Shown here: piece by piece, positions 19,942 through 29,242 of the stretch | How the letters are laid out: each line of letters starts with the position of its first letter | How positions within the stretch are numbered: position 1 is the stretch's first letter | From: Candidatus Omnitrophota bacterium | GTDB taxonomy: Bacteria > Omnitrophota > Gorgyraeia > 2-01-FULL-45-10 | Length of the DNA stretch: 61,669 nt | Assembly: GCA_029004355.1 (NCBI GenBank) | Contig: JAQURV010000001.1 | Location: 1 to 61,669, forward strand | Direction: 5' to 3' | The notes under the pieces: model-generated | The model's input: the letters and a program-made list of their open reading frames with translations, nothing else | Databases searched by the model: none | What the model was told of the DNA's origin: nothing | Position numbers and translations under genes: made by a program

Positions 19942-21372
19942 ATGAAGATAGCGCTAGTATATCCTCCATTCCTGAATTCGATACAGACTACAGTGCCGGA
20001 CTTTGTCAATGACAACGAGGGCTTCTTTCAGCCTCTCGGCATCCTGTATCTGGCTTCTTACCTGAAGGAGCACGAAAAAGGCTGCGACATACTGGTCGTA
20101 GATGCCGTTGCGGAGGGTTTAAACCACCTTCAGGTCGGCCAGAGGCTCGCGGATTTCTCCCCGGACGTCGTCGGGATATCCTGCTGGACATTCTCACTCA
20201 TCGATTCCATTAAAGTCGCCGGAGAGGCCAAGGCCAGGGTGCCGAAGGCACACGTCTGCCTTGGCGGGCCTCACGCCACGATATACCCCGAAGAGACCGC
20301 AAGCTTTAAAGACGTCGATTTCGTCATTACGGGCGACGGGGAGCGTCCCTTTGCGGAGCTTATCAGGCAGCTCTCCGGCAAGAGAGACTTTAACCTCGTG
20401 CCGAATCTATATCACAAGACGGGAGGCGCGGTCAAGAAGAGCCCCTTGGCCCACGTAGAGCGAGACCTGGACGGCCTGCCTTTCCCGGACAGAAAACTCG
20501 TATCGATGAAGAATTATCATTCGATAATAGACAAGGGTGAGATCATCACCACGATGATCACGTCCCGCGGATGCCCTTTTCAATGCAGGTTCTGTTTACA
20601 GCAAAACACCGGCTGGAGATACAGGGAGATACCCGGCATCATCGAAGAGATGCGGCAATGTATCGATTCGGGGATAAAGAATTTCTTCATATTCGACGAG
20701 ACGTTCACGGTCAATAAAAAGAGGATCCTCGACTTGTGCGACGAGATCATAAGAAGGAAGATGAGGATAAACTGGAGTTGCCGCTCGCGCGTCGATACGA
20801 TAGACGGAGAGATCATGGACCGCATGAAGGCGGCCGGATGTTCCAGGATAAGTTTCGGGGTCGAGTCCGCCAGCGATGAGGTGTTGAAACAGCTTAATAA
20901 AAAGATCAGTATCGCGCGCGCGAAGGAGACGTTCAGGACCGCGAAAAGTAAGAAGCTGATAACGCTTGCCGATTTTATGATAGGCTGCCCCGGAGAAGAC
21001 AGGAAGGCCACCTCCGATACGGTCAAATTGGCGCTGGAACTGGATCCCGACTACGTCCAATTTACGCTATTCACTCTATTCCCGGCAACCGAGCTATATG
21101 AAGAAGCGCTGGCGAAGGGGATCGTAAAGACCGACGTATGGCTTGGTTACGCCAGGCAGCCGGGCGCTGACTTTAAGCCTCCCATATGGAACATATATAA
21201 TGAAGACGAAGCCAGGGAACTTGTGGTAGGCGCGTATAAAAAATTCTACCTGAGGATCTCCTACATATTTAAAAGGTTGATAAAGACGGGCTCAGCGGAT
21301 GAGCTTGGGAAGTATGTGAGAGCGGGTTTAGGGCTTATAAAGGCGCTATTTGACCGGCGTAAAGGGCAATGA
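19942..21372 (+). CDS. B12-binding-domain radical SAM protein (paralog 5)
   Basis: 476 aa with MKIALVYPPF, VCLGGPHATIYPEE and TSRGCPFQCRFC. Confidence 0.85.
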   Translation: MKIALVYPPFLNSIQTTVPDFVNDNEGFFQPLGILYLASYLKEHEKGCDILVVDAVAEGLNHLQVGQRLADFSPDVVGISCWTFSLIDSIKVAGEAKARVPKAHVCLGGPHATIYPEETASFKDVDFVITGDGERPFAELIRQLSGKRDFNLVPNLYHKTGGAVKKSPLAHVERDLDGLPFPDRKLVSMKNYHSIIDKGEIITTMITSRGCPFQCRFCLQQNTGWRYREIPGIIEEMRQCIDSGIKNFFIFDETFTVNKKRILDLCDEIIRRKMRINWSCRSRVDTIDGEIMDRMKAAGCSRISFGVESASDEVLKQLNKKISIARAKETFRTAKSKKLITLADFMIGCPGEDRKATSDTVKLALELDPDYVQFTLFTLFPATELYEEALAKGIVKTDVWLGYARQPGADFKPPIWNIYNEDEARELVVGAYKKFYLRISYIFKRLIKTGSADELGKYVRAGLGLIKALFDRRKGQ

Positions 21373-22754
21373 AGATCAAAGATATAATATTCGGGTGTAT
21401 TTTGGGGGCCATATCGGTATTTTCACCGGCGTCTTTTCTGGTCCTGGGCGCCTTCCTTCTGTCATTGTGGCTTATAAAAAAGTACATAAGGACCGAATCG
21501 CAAAAGTTCTTGATAGCTATATTCATAACGGGATTTATTTTGCGGGTCATCCTTTCATCTTTCAATTACTATGCCGCGGAATCCGCCGGGATCGGCTCGG
21601 ATATCCAGCCGGACGCAAGAGTCTATAATACCAACGCTTTTTATATAGCCTCTGTTATCACCGGTAATAAGTATGATCAGGCAATGGATAGGGACGCGAT
21701 CTTAAAGAAAGGTATGGAGGTGGCAGGGGCTATACACAGAGGCAAACTCCCGCCCGTAGGGACCTACCAGATCGGTTTCTATGTCTACCTTATAGGATGG
21801 ATATATTCCCTCCTGGGATATTGCCCGATCGCCATGAAGATCATGAATTCCGTTTTTGGATGCGGCACCGCGATATTGACCTATCTGATCGCAAGGCGCA
21901 TATCCGGCTCTGAAATAATTTCGAAGGCATCGGCCGCGGTCGTTATGTTCTTCCCGTCGATGGTGCTCTGGTCAGCGGCCCTTCTACGCGATACGATCGC
22001 TAATTTCTTATTTCTCGCTTACATGCTTTCTTTGCTTGTATATATTGGATCAGGCAGCAGGAGATCGCTCGTAATGTCTTTGATATCGACCATCGTATTG
22101 AGCCTCTTCAAGGAAAAGGCCGTCCTTCTCTTGGCGGCAGGGTTCGTCTTTGTTTTAATAGCCGGCTTATTCAGAAGGATACTTAACAGGAAACACCTTA
22201 CAGTCTTTGTTGCGTTATTTTTTATTTTTACCGTAACAGCGGGGATCTTTTTGTCCAACAAAAATTTCATAACCCGCCAGTTGCATGACAAGACAATATC
22301 TATGTTCACCCAGCACCAGAGCTATGCGGCAGATGACAGGGCGTTCGTCTACAGGATATTCAAGGATTCTATATATGAAAAGGGAAAATTGCAGCTCAGC
22401 GATTTTTCCGACGCGTCGCTCTATTTTTCGGTATTTAAGGCCCTGGCCTATTTTTTCCTTTCCCCGTTCCCGTGGCAAGTGCCGTATTATCATCTCGGGC
22501 TGCTGATGTTCTATCCGCAGGTCCTCGCGACATTTATCTCTTTGCCGTTCATCATGCTCGGTCTTCTTATGTCTATGCGGCGTAATATGTATGTGACGGC
22601 AATTATTGTAATGGTACTGGCCCTGATCGCCGTGCCGTATGCCCTTGCGGAAGGGGTGGTCGGCATCGTGGTGCGCCACAGAGACATGTTTATGCCGTTC
22701 CTGGTCATCTTCGCGAGCTATGGATTTTTCCGTCCGAAAGCCGGTGTCGAATGA
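21369..22754 (+). CDS. Polytopic membrane protein, GT-C-like or polymerase-like
   Basis: 461 aa with at least 10 hydrophobic segments. An early loop reads GSDIQPDARVY, followed by IAMKIMNSVFGCGTAILTYLIARRISG (PMT_2-like). There is no soluble domain. ATGA overlaps occur at both ends. Confidence 0.55.
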   Translation: MKIKDIIFGCILGAISVFSPASFLVLGAFLLSLWLIKKYIRTESQKFLIAIFITGFILRVILSSFNYYAAESAGIGSDIQPDARVYNTNAFYIASVITGNKYDQAMDRDAILKKGMEVAGAIHRGKLPPVGTYQIGFYVYLIGWIYSLLGYCPIAMKIMNSVFGCGTAILTYLIARRISGSEIISKASAAVVMFFPSMVLWSAALLRDTIANFLFLAYMLSLLVYIGSGSRRSLVMSLISTIVLSLFKEKAVLLLAAGFVFVLIAGLFRRILNRKHLTVFVALFFIFTVTAGIFLSNKNFITRQLHDKTISMFTQHQSYAADDRAFVYRIFKDSIYEKGKLQLSDFSDASLYFSVFKALAYFFLSPFPWQVPYYHLGLLMFYPQVLATFISLPFIMLGLLMSMRRNMYVTAIIVMVLALIAVPYALAEGVVGIVVRHRDMFMPFLVIFASYGFFRPKAGVE

Positions 22755-24205
22755 AGATAGTCCTCATATATCCGCTGCTGTCCAGGGCGAGGAGCCTTGT
22801 CGACGAGAATAAACAGTATTGGCCGCCGCTGGGCCTTGCGTATATTGCCGCGGTATTGGAGAAGAGCGGCCACAAAGTGAAGATAGTCGACAGGGACGCC
22901 CTGCTCCATAAATATGCCATGTCCTTCGAGAGAACGGACGAAGAGACCCTGGCTGTGATAGGGCGGGAGAACGCCGATATGGTAGGCTTCAGCGCTACTA
23001 CGCCCAACGTGGGGGATGTCTTAACCTTCTCCTCAAAGATCAAAAAAAGTTTTCCGGGCGTAAAGATAGTGCTCGGAGGGCCGCATTCAAGCGGCGAGCC
23101 GGAGTATACGCTCAACCTGACGAATGATATAGACGCCCTTTGCAGAGGTGAGGGTGAATCCACGATGCTCGACCTGGCGTCGGGTAAGGCTTTGGGCGAG
23201 ATACCCGGAGTGAGCTTCAAGTCCGGGAAGACTATAGTGCATAACGCGGAAAGACCGCTTATAAATAACATAGATGACCTTCCCATGCCGGCCCATCACC
23301 TTTTGGATATGGAATTTTATCTGCGGCCAAGCAGGTTCACCAGCAGGAACCTGAGCTTGCGGACCACATCTATATTTACGGCAAGGGGCTGCCCGTACAG
23401 ATGTAATTTCTGCGCAGGCCCTCTGATCTTCTCCGGCAAGGTCAGGTTCCATTCTTCGCAAAGGGTCCTCGAGGAGATGGAGCGCCTGATAACCGACTAT
23501 GGCATAGAGGCGCTCTACTTTGCCGAAGACATGTTTTTAAGCGATAAACGCAGGGCGAACGAGATACTGGAGCTGTTTATACGTAAAGGTATAAATAAGA
23601 AGATCCGCTGGTTCGCCCAGGCGAAGGTGAACGTTATAGACAAGGAGCTGCTCGTGCTTATGAAACGAGCCGGTTGCGTAGGGATCGAATACGGATTTGA
23701 GTCCGGCTCGCAGGAGATCTTGAACAGGATGAATAAGAAGAGCCGCGTAGAAGATAATGTAAAAGCGGCGAAGTTGACCGAAAAGGTCGGCTTAAGATAT
23801 CAGGCCAATATAATAGCGGGATATCCGGGGGAGACAAAAGAGGACTTTGAGATGACGATAGCTTTCTTGAAGAAGATAAGGCCCAGCAACATAGGGTTCA
23901 ATCAATTCATGGCGCTTCCCGGCACGCCGGAGTATGTCAGGCTGAAAAGAACGGGCGACATCTCTTATGACTGGGAAAACGTCGGTAATCCCGAAGGCGG
24001 CAAGAACTATACCGCGATGACCGACCGGGATTTCCAGAAGGTGTATGCAAAGGCAAGGATCCTGGTGATCCTTCCGCTGAACCTGGCGAATTTCATACGA
24101 TACAATATCAAAGACCCCATACGGTTCATATACCTCGTCCTGACACAATTCCGCGGGATACTTATCAAGACCGTCCGGTCCGATCTTAAGAAGATGCTGA
24201 GATGA
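22751..24205 (+). CDS. B12-binding-domain radical SAM protein (paralog 6)
   Basis: 484 aa with MKIVLIYPLL, IVLGGPHSSGEPE and TARGCPYRCNFC. Confidence 0.85.
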   Translation: MKIVLIYPLLSRARSLVDENKQYWPPLGLAYIAAVLEKSGHKVKIVDRDALLHKYAMSFERTDEETLAVIGRENADMVGFSATTPNVGDVLTFSSKIKKSFPGVKIVLGGPHSSGEPEYTLNLTNDIDALCRGEGESTMLDLASGKALGEIPGVSFKSGKTIVHNAERPLINNIDDLPMPAHHLLDMEFYLRPSRFTSRNLSLRTTSIFTARGCPYRCNFCAGPLIFSGKVRFHSSQRVLEEMERLITDYGIEALYFAEDMFLSDKRRANEILELFIRKGINKKIRWFAQAKVNVIDKELLVLMKRAGCVGIEYGFESGSQEILNRMNKKSRVEDNVKAAKLTEKVGLRYQANIIAGYPGETKEDFEMTIAFLKKIRPSNIGFNQFMALPGTPEYVRLKRTGDISYDWENVGNPEGGKNYTAMTDRDFQKVYAKARILVILPLNLANFIRYNIKDPIRFIYLVLTQFRGILIKTVRSDLKKMLR

Positions 24206-25404
24206 AGATACTGTATATCTCCTATAATGGTATTCTGGAACCGCTTTTTCAGTCGCAGGGCCTGCCGTATATAATGGCCGCCCGTAAGAAAGGTTATGAT
24301 TTTTCTATACTGACGTTCGAGACAGCCGAGAATACCGGCAAATGCAACCCATTATTCCTGAAGATGAGGGATAAGTTATCCGAGGCCGGGATAGCATGGC
24401 GGTATCTACGTTTTCACCGCCGGCCGGGATTCTTTGCGAAGGCATACGACCTTATTGCGGGGATCGTTACCTCACTTATCATATCGGCCGAGGCGAAGCC
24501 CGACGCGATCCAGGCCAGGGGCCTCTTCTCGGCGCTGGCCGCCCTCCCGGCATCTTTTATTACGCGCAAGCCTCTGATATTCGATACGAGGAGCAAACTC
24601 TCCGAGGCCTATGCGATCAGCGGCAAATGGAAAAAGGGCGGCGTCGTCTCAAGATCGATGGGTTTTCTGGAAGACAGGTGCGTCTGCAGCGCGAAAGCCG
24701 TAGTTTGCGAGACTACCGATCACAGGACGGAGATAGAAGAGTTTTTATCCCGCAACAAGATGAAGAAACACCTTGAAGTCATACCCTGTTGCGTGGATCT
24801 GGAGAGATTCAAGGGCGCGGCTGATACAGGGAAGAAGGGCCCGGGGTTCGTGATCTCTTATCTCGGGTCTTTGAGCGGCTGGTATTGCCTGAAAGAGACC
24901 GTATCGTTCTTTGAAGAGATGAATAAGGTCCTCCCCGGCAGCAGGATGATATTTTTGACGAAGGATGATCCGGGGGTGATCGTAAAATATATAAAGGAGA
25001 GCGCTCTCCCCGGCAACGCGGTCGAGATCTTTGGGGTCTCCCCGGACAGCGTGCCCCGCCACCTGGCCTCCTCGTCGGCAGGCATAGTCTTTAAATATCC
25101 GGATCAAAGATTAAGTTCGTTCCCCATCAAGATAGGCGAATACCTGGCATCGGGTATACCGGTCGTGATCAACCGCGGAATGGGCGATGCGGAGGATTTT
25201 ATATTGGATAACGGCGTAGGCGTGGCAGTAGACGGATTCGACGAAGGCGCTTTCAGTAAGGGCATTGCGGCATTGCGCTCTCTCCTCGGAGAAGAAGATA
25301 TCAGGGGTAGGTGCCTCCTGGCGGCGCAAAAGCTGTCTGTGGAGACCGGCGCCCGGAAATACATTAATATCTATGAATCGATCGCTAAAGGAGCCCGAAG
25401 ATAG
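24202..25404 (+). CDS. Glycosyltransferase family 4-like (GT-B)
   Basis: 400 aa with MKILYISYNG and the C-terminal IKIGEYLASGIPVVINRGMGDAEDFI pattern. Confidence 0.75.
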   Translation: MKILYISYNGILEPLFQSQGLPYIMAARKKGYDFSILTFETAENTGKCNPLFLKMRDKLSEAGIAWRYLRFHRRPGFFAKAYDLIAGIVTSLIISAEAKPDAIQARGLFSALAALPASFITRKPLIFDTRSKLSEAYAISGKWKKGGVVSRSMGFLEDRCVCSAKAVVCETTDHRTEIEEFLSRNKMKKHLEVIPCCVDLERFKGAADTGKKGPGFVISYLGSLSGWYCLKETVSFFEEMNKVLPGSRMIFLTKDDPGVIVKYIKESALPGNAVEIFGVSPDSVPRHLASSSAGIVFKYPDQRLSSFPIKIGEYLASGIPVVINRGMGDAEDFILDNGVGVAVDGFDEGAFSKGIAALRSLLGEEDIRGRCLLAAQKLSVETGARKYINIYESIAKGARR

Positions 25405-25405
25405 C

Positions 25406-26440
25406 ATGAAAGTACTCTTCATAGTGCCGTATCCGACATCGGGGCCCAGCAACCGGTTCAGGGTCGAGCAATATCTGCCTTATCTGGATGAAAAGAAGAT
25501 ATCGTATTGCATCAGGCCTTTTTGCAATACCGACTTCTATTTTCTCCTGCGTAAGAGAGGCCATTATTTAAAGAAGTTCGCCTACCTCCTGGGTTTTTCT
25601 TTCCTGAGGCTTGTGGACCTTTTGCGCAGCCTGGATTACGATGCCGTATTTATCCACAGGGAGGCGTTCCCGGCAAAGGATCATATATTCGAATGGCTCT
25701 TCAGGATATTCGGGAAAAGGATGATATACGATTTCGACGACGCGGTCTTCCTTAAAAAACCCGCGAAGGTCAGGACTGTGATACGGATTGCGGATACTAT
25801 CATAGCGGGGAACCGGTTTTTGAAAGATTACGCTGCGGCCTTGAATAAGAAGGTTGCCGTCCTGCCGACGTGCATAGACACGACTAGATACAGGCCGGCC
25901 GGCGGTAAAAAAGACGCCCGGAAGGTAGTTATAGGCTGGATGGGTACGCCGACGACATCGGTATATCTTAAAGGCATCGACGATGTCTTCAAGGCTATCT
26001 TGGGAAAGTACAAGAATGTCGAAATAAGGATCATCGGCGCGATGTCCGACGACTTCCTCTGCCCAGGATTGATCTACAGGGACTGGTCTTTGGAAAGCGA
26101 AATAAGCGACCTGCAGGAATTCGATATAGGTATAATGCCCATGCCCGACAGCGACTGGACAAAGGGCAAATGCGCCTTCAAGACGATCCAGTACATGTCG
26201 GTGGGGATCCCCTCGGTAGCTTCACCGGTCGGGATGAATATGGAAGTGATAAAGGAGGGGGTAAACGGTTGTTTTGCCTCCGGCAGCGAAGAGTGGTGCG
26301 AGAAACTATCGAAGCTTATAGAGTCGCCGGAATTGCGCAGGACGATGGGCGAGAACGGCAGGAAGACGATCGAAGAGAGATATTCGCTCAAGGTCAACTC
26401 GGATAAATTCCTCGATCTTTTACGAAAGGGCGTCCAATAA
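25406..26440 (+). CDS. Glycosyltransferase family 4-like (GT-B)
   Basis: ATG 25406 lies 1 nt after the upstream TAG, so the track's start at 25265 is an overlap artefact. Motifs are MKVLFIVPYPTSGPSNRF and KTIQYMSVGIPSVASPVGMNMEVIKEGVNG. Confidence 0.8.
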   Translation: MKVLFIVPYPTSGPSNRFRVEQYLPYLDEKKISYCIRPFCNTDFYFLLRKRGHYLKKFAYLLGFSFLRLVDLLRSLDYDAVFIHREAFPAKDHIFEWLFRIFGKRMIYDFDDAVFLKKPAKVRTVIRIADTIIAGNRFLKDYAAALNKKVAVLPTCIDTTRYRPAGGKKDARKVVIGWMGTPTTSVYLKGIDDVFKAILGKYKNVEIRIIGAMSDDFLCPGLIYRDWSLESEISDLQEFDIGIMPMPDSDWTKGKCAFKTIQYMSVGIPSVASPVGMNMEVIKEGVNGCFASGSEEWCEKLSKLIESPELRRTMGENGRKTIEERYSLKVNSDKFLDLLRKGVQ

Positions 26441-26441
26441 A

Positions 26442-28325
26442 GTGTGCGGGATATGCGGAATAATAAGTAGCAGGGCCGGCCTTGCGACGGAAGAAAAGGT
26501 GAAGGCCATGGCCGGCAGTCTGGTCCACAGAGGGCCGGATGATTCCGGGATATATCATGACAAGGCCTCGCTGCCGGAGGCTATCCTTGGGCACAGGCGC
26601 CTCAGCATAATCGACTTGAGCCCGCGCGGCCACCAGCCCATGTCGAACGAAGACGGCACTGTCCGGATGGTCCTGAACGGTGAGATCTATAATTACAGGG
26701 AACTGAAGGTAGGGCTCGAAAAGAAAGGGCACAGATTCATATCCAATACCGATACCGAGACGGTGATACATCTTTACGAAGAGTACGGCGAAGAGTGCGT
26801 CAAATATCTCCGGGGTATGTTTGCTTTTGCCATATGGGATACTAAGAAGAAGAAACTCCTGGCGGCCAGGGACAGGACGGGCAAGAAGCCTTTTATCTAT
26901 TATCACGACGGAGAAACGCTTTGTTTTGCATCCGAGTTTGCATCGCTTCTGAAGAGCGGTATCATAAAAAACGATATCGATCACGGGGCTATAAGCCGTT
27001 ATCTTACCTTCGGATATATCCCGGCGCCATCGACCGTCTATCGAAAGGTGTCGAAACTGCCGCCGGCCCATATCCTCACTTTCCAGAATAACCGGGTGGC
27101 GATAAGACGTTACTGGAAGCTCGACTATTCCAATAAGATCAAGATAACGGAAGAAGATGCGGCCGCCGAGGTACTGAGGCTGCTTAAAGAGGCCGTAAAG
27201 ATAAGGCTTTATAGCGACGTCCCTCTGGGAGCTTTTTTAAGCGGCGGTATAGATTCGAGCGCGGTGGTAGGTTTGATGAGCGAGCTTGCCGGGGGGCGGG
27301 TGAAGACCTTTTCGATAGGATTCGAAGAGAAGGCCTATAACGAATTGGCATACGCCAGGGCGATAGCGAAGAAGTTCGATACGGAGCATCATGAGTTCGT
27401 AGTTAAACCGGAAGCCCTTAGCGTATTGCCGCTTCTCGTCGAAAAGTACGGGGAACCGTACGCCGATTCTTCGGCTATCCCGACGTATTACGTATGCCGG
27501 GAGACGAGACGGTTCGTGACGGTGGCCTTGAACGGCGACGGGGGAGACGAATCGTTCGCGGGATATGAAAGGTACCAGGCCATGCTCGCCTCCGATATCT
27601 ACGGCAGGATGCCGGGGCCGGCCAAAAAGTGCGCAAGATTCTTAATGGATGCTTTACCGGATTCGGCCGATTCGAAAAATAGCATCAGGAAGATAAAGCG
27701 GTTCTTCGAGGGGATCGATCTCCCTCCGGCTTCGCGATATATCCGATGGATGAGCATATTTAATAAGAAACTTAAAGGCGAACTTTGCGATATTAAAGGA
27801 GATGACCCCGAGAGCTTAGTCTCTCCATACATATCCGACGCCGGCATCGGCGATCTTTTGGACCGCCTGCTTGCGGCGGATGTAAATCTTTATCTGCCCG
27901 ACGATCTTTTGGTGAAAGTCGACATCGCCAGTATGGCAAATTCGCTGGAGGCGCGCTCACCGTTCCTCGACCATAAACTGATGGAATTTGCGGCCGGGCT
28001 GCCCGCGCAGTATAAGATGAAGAATTTTGTGAAGAAGTATATATTGAAGAAGGCTCTTAAAGGGCTCGTCCCCGACAAAAATCTCCATAGAAGAAAGATG
28101 GGTTTCGGGATGCCTGTGGGCGCATGGTTCAGGAACGAGCTTAAGGGTCTTATGGAGGAGACGGTCTTTTCCGCGTCTTCTTTCAGCAGCTTATATTTCA
28201 AAAAGGATGTAGTGCGGAAGATGGTAGAGGACCACGTGGGAAAGAGAAGAGATCTTGCGCCACAACTGTGGGCGTTACTCATGCTGGAGTTGTGGTATCA
28301 AAGATATGTGAAGGGGCCGTCATGA
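26442..28325 (+). CDS. asnB: Asparagine synthase (glutamine-hydrolysing) family amidotransferase
   Basis: 627 aa with a GTG start. The N-terminus is (M)CGICGI (Ntn Cys nucleophile) and the PP-loop is SGGIDSS. Confidence 0.9.
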   Translation: MCGICGIISSRAGLATEEKVKAMAGSLVHRGPDDSGIYHDKASLPEAILGHRRLSIIDLSPRGHQPMSNEDGTVRMVLNGEIYNYRELKVGLEKKGHRFISNTDTETVIHLYEEYGEECVKYLRGMFAFAIWDTKKKKLLAARDRTGKKPFIYYHDGETLCFASEFASLLKSGIIKNDIDHGAISRYLTFGYIPAPSTVYRKVSKLPPAHILTFQNNRVAIRRYWKLDYSNKIKITEEDAAAEVLRLLKEAVKIRLYSDVPLGAFLSGGIDSSAVVGLMSELAGGRVKTFSIGFEEKAYNELAYARAIAKKFDTEHHEFVVKPEALSVLPLLVEKYGEPYADSSAIPTYYVCRETRRFVTVALNGDGGDESFAGYERYQAMLASDIYGRMPGPAKKCARFLMDALPDSADSKNSIRKIKRFFEGIDLPPASRYIRWMSIFNKKLKGELCDIKGDDPESLVSPYISDAGIGDLLDRLLAADVNLYLPDDLLVKVDIASMANSLEARSPFLDHKLMEFAAGLPAQYKMKNFVKKYILKKALKGLVPDKNLHRRKMGFGMPVGAWFRNELKGLMEETVFSASSFSSLYFKKDVVRKMVEDHVGKRRDLAPQLWALLMLELWYQRYVKGPS

Positions 28326-29233
28326 GCAATCCGGATATCAGCGTCATTATCGTCGCCTATAATCATGCCAGGTACCTAGGCCAGGCGATACGGTCGGTGC
28401 TCGACCAGACTTTCGATGATCTTGAGGTGATAGTATTCGACGACGGATCGCGGGATAATACGAAAGAGGTGGTCTCGTCTTTTCATGATAAGCGCATAAA
28501 ATATTATCATCAGGAGAACAGCGGCCTCCCCGCGAACGGAAGGAACTCCGGGATGAAGCTTGCCGCAGGAAAGTATATAGCCCTGATGGACGGCGATGAC
28601 TTCTGGTATAAGGAGAAGCTGGAGAGATGCAAGGAGGCCCTCGATTCGATGAGAGACGTCGACCTGGTATGCCACAACGAAGCGATCATGTACGAAGAAA
28701 AGATATTACGCTACACTTCTTATGGGCCTTATCAGGACGACATGTACTCCAGGCTCCTCTTTAAAGGCAATTGTCTTCATACTTCGGCGGTCGTCATAAG
28801 GAGGAAGGTCTTTTTCGACGATAACGTCAGATTCTGCGAAGACAGGGACCTGTTTGCCGTCGAGGATTATGAATACTGGCTGAGGCTGTCGAAGCGGTAC
28901 AAATTTTATTTTCTGCCGGATGTCCTCGGGTGCTACCGCGTGACCGAAGAAGGCGCTTTTTTGAACGCGAGCGAGGTTAATAGCGTCAATATGATCAACC
29001 TGTTGAAACGTAATTTCTCTCAGTTTGAGGCTAAAGACCGGAAGACCCAAATCCTGATAAAGAGGCGGCTCTCTTCGGTGATGTGCGCCGCCGGAAGGAT
29101 GCAGCAACACAAGAAGAATTTTAAGGAATGCATGGGCTGGTATGTTAAAGCGCTCAAAGAATATAAATTCAACTATAAGGCCGCCCTCGGTTTGATCGCG
29201 GCGCTCTTCAGATTAAGGATAGTCTACAAGTGA
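28322..29233 (+). CDS. Glycosyltransferase family 2
   Basis: ATG 28322 makes an ATGA overlap with the asnB stop. Motifs are ISVIIVAYNHARYLGQAIRSVLDQT..EVIVFDDGSRDNT and MDGDDFW. Confidence 0.9.
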   Translation: MSNPDISVIIVAYNHARYLGQAIRSVLDQTFDDLEVIVFDDGSRDNTKEVVSSFHDKRIKYYHQENSGLPANGRNSGMKLAAGKYIALMDGDDFWYKEKLERCKEALDSMRDVDLVCHNEAIMYEEKILRYTSYGPYQDDMYSRLLFKGNCLHTSAVVIRRKVFFDDNVRFCEDRDLFAVEDYEYWLRLSKRYKFYFLPDVLGCYRVTEEGAFLNASEVNSVNMINLLKRNFSQFEAKDRKTQILIKRRLSSVMCAAGRMQQHKKNFKECMGWYVKALKEYKFNYKAALGLIAALFRLRIVYK

Positions 29234-29242
29234 GTTAAAACT

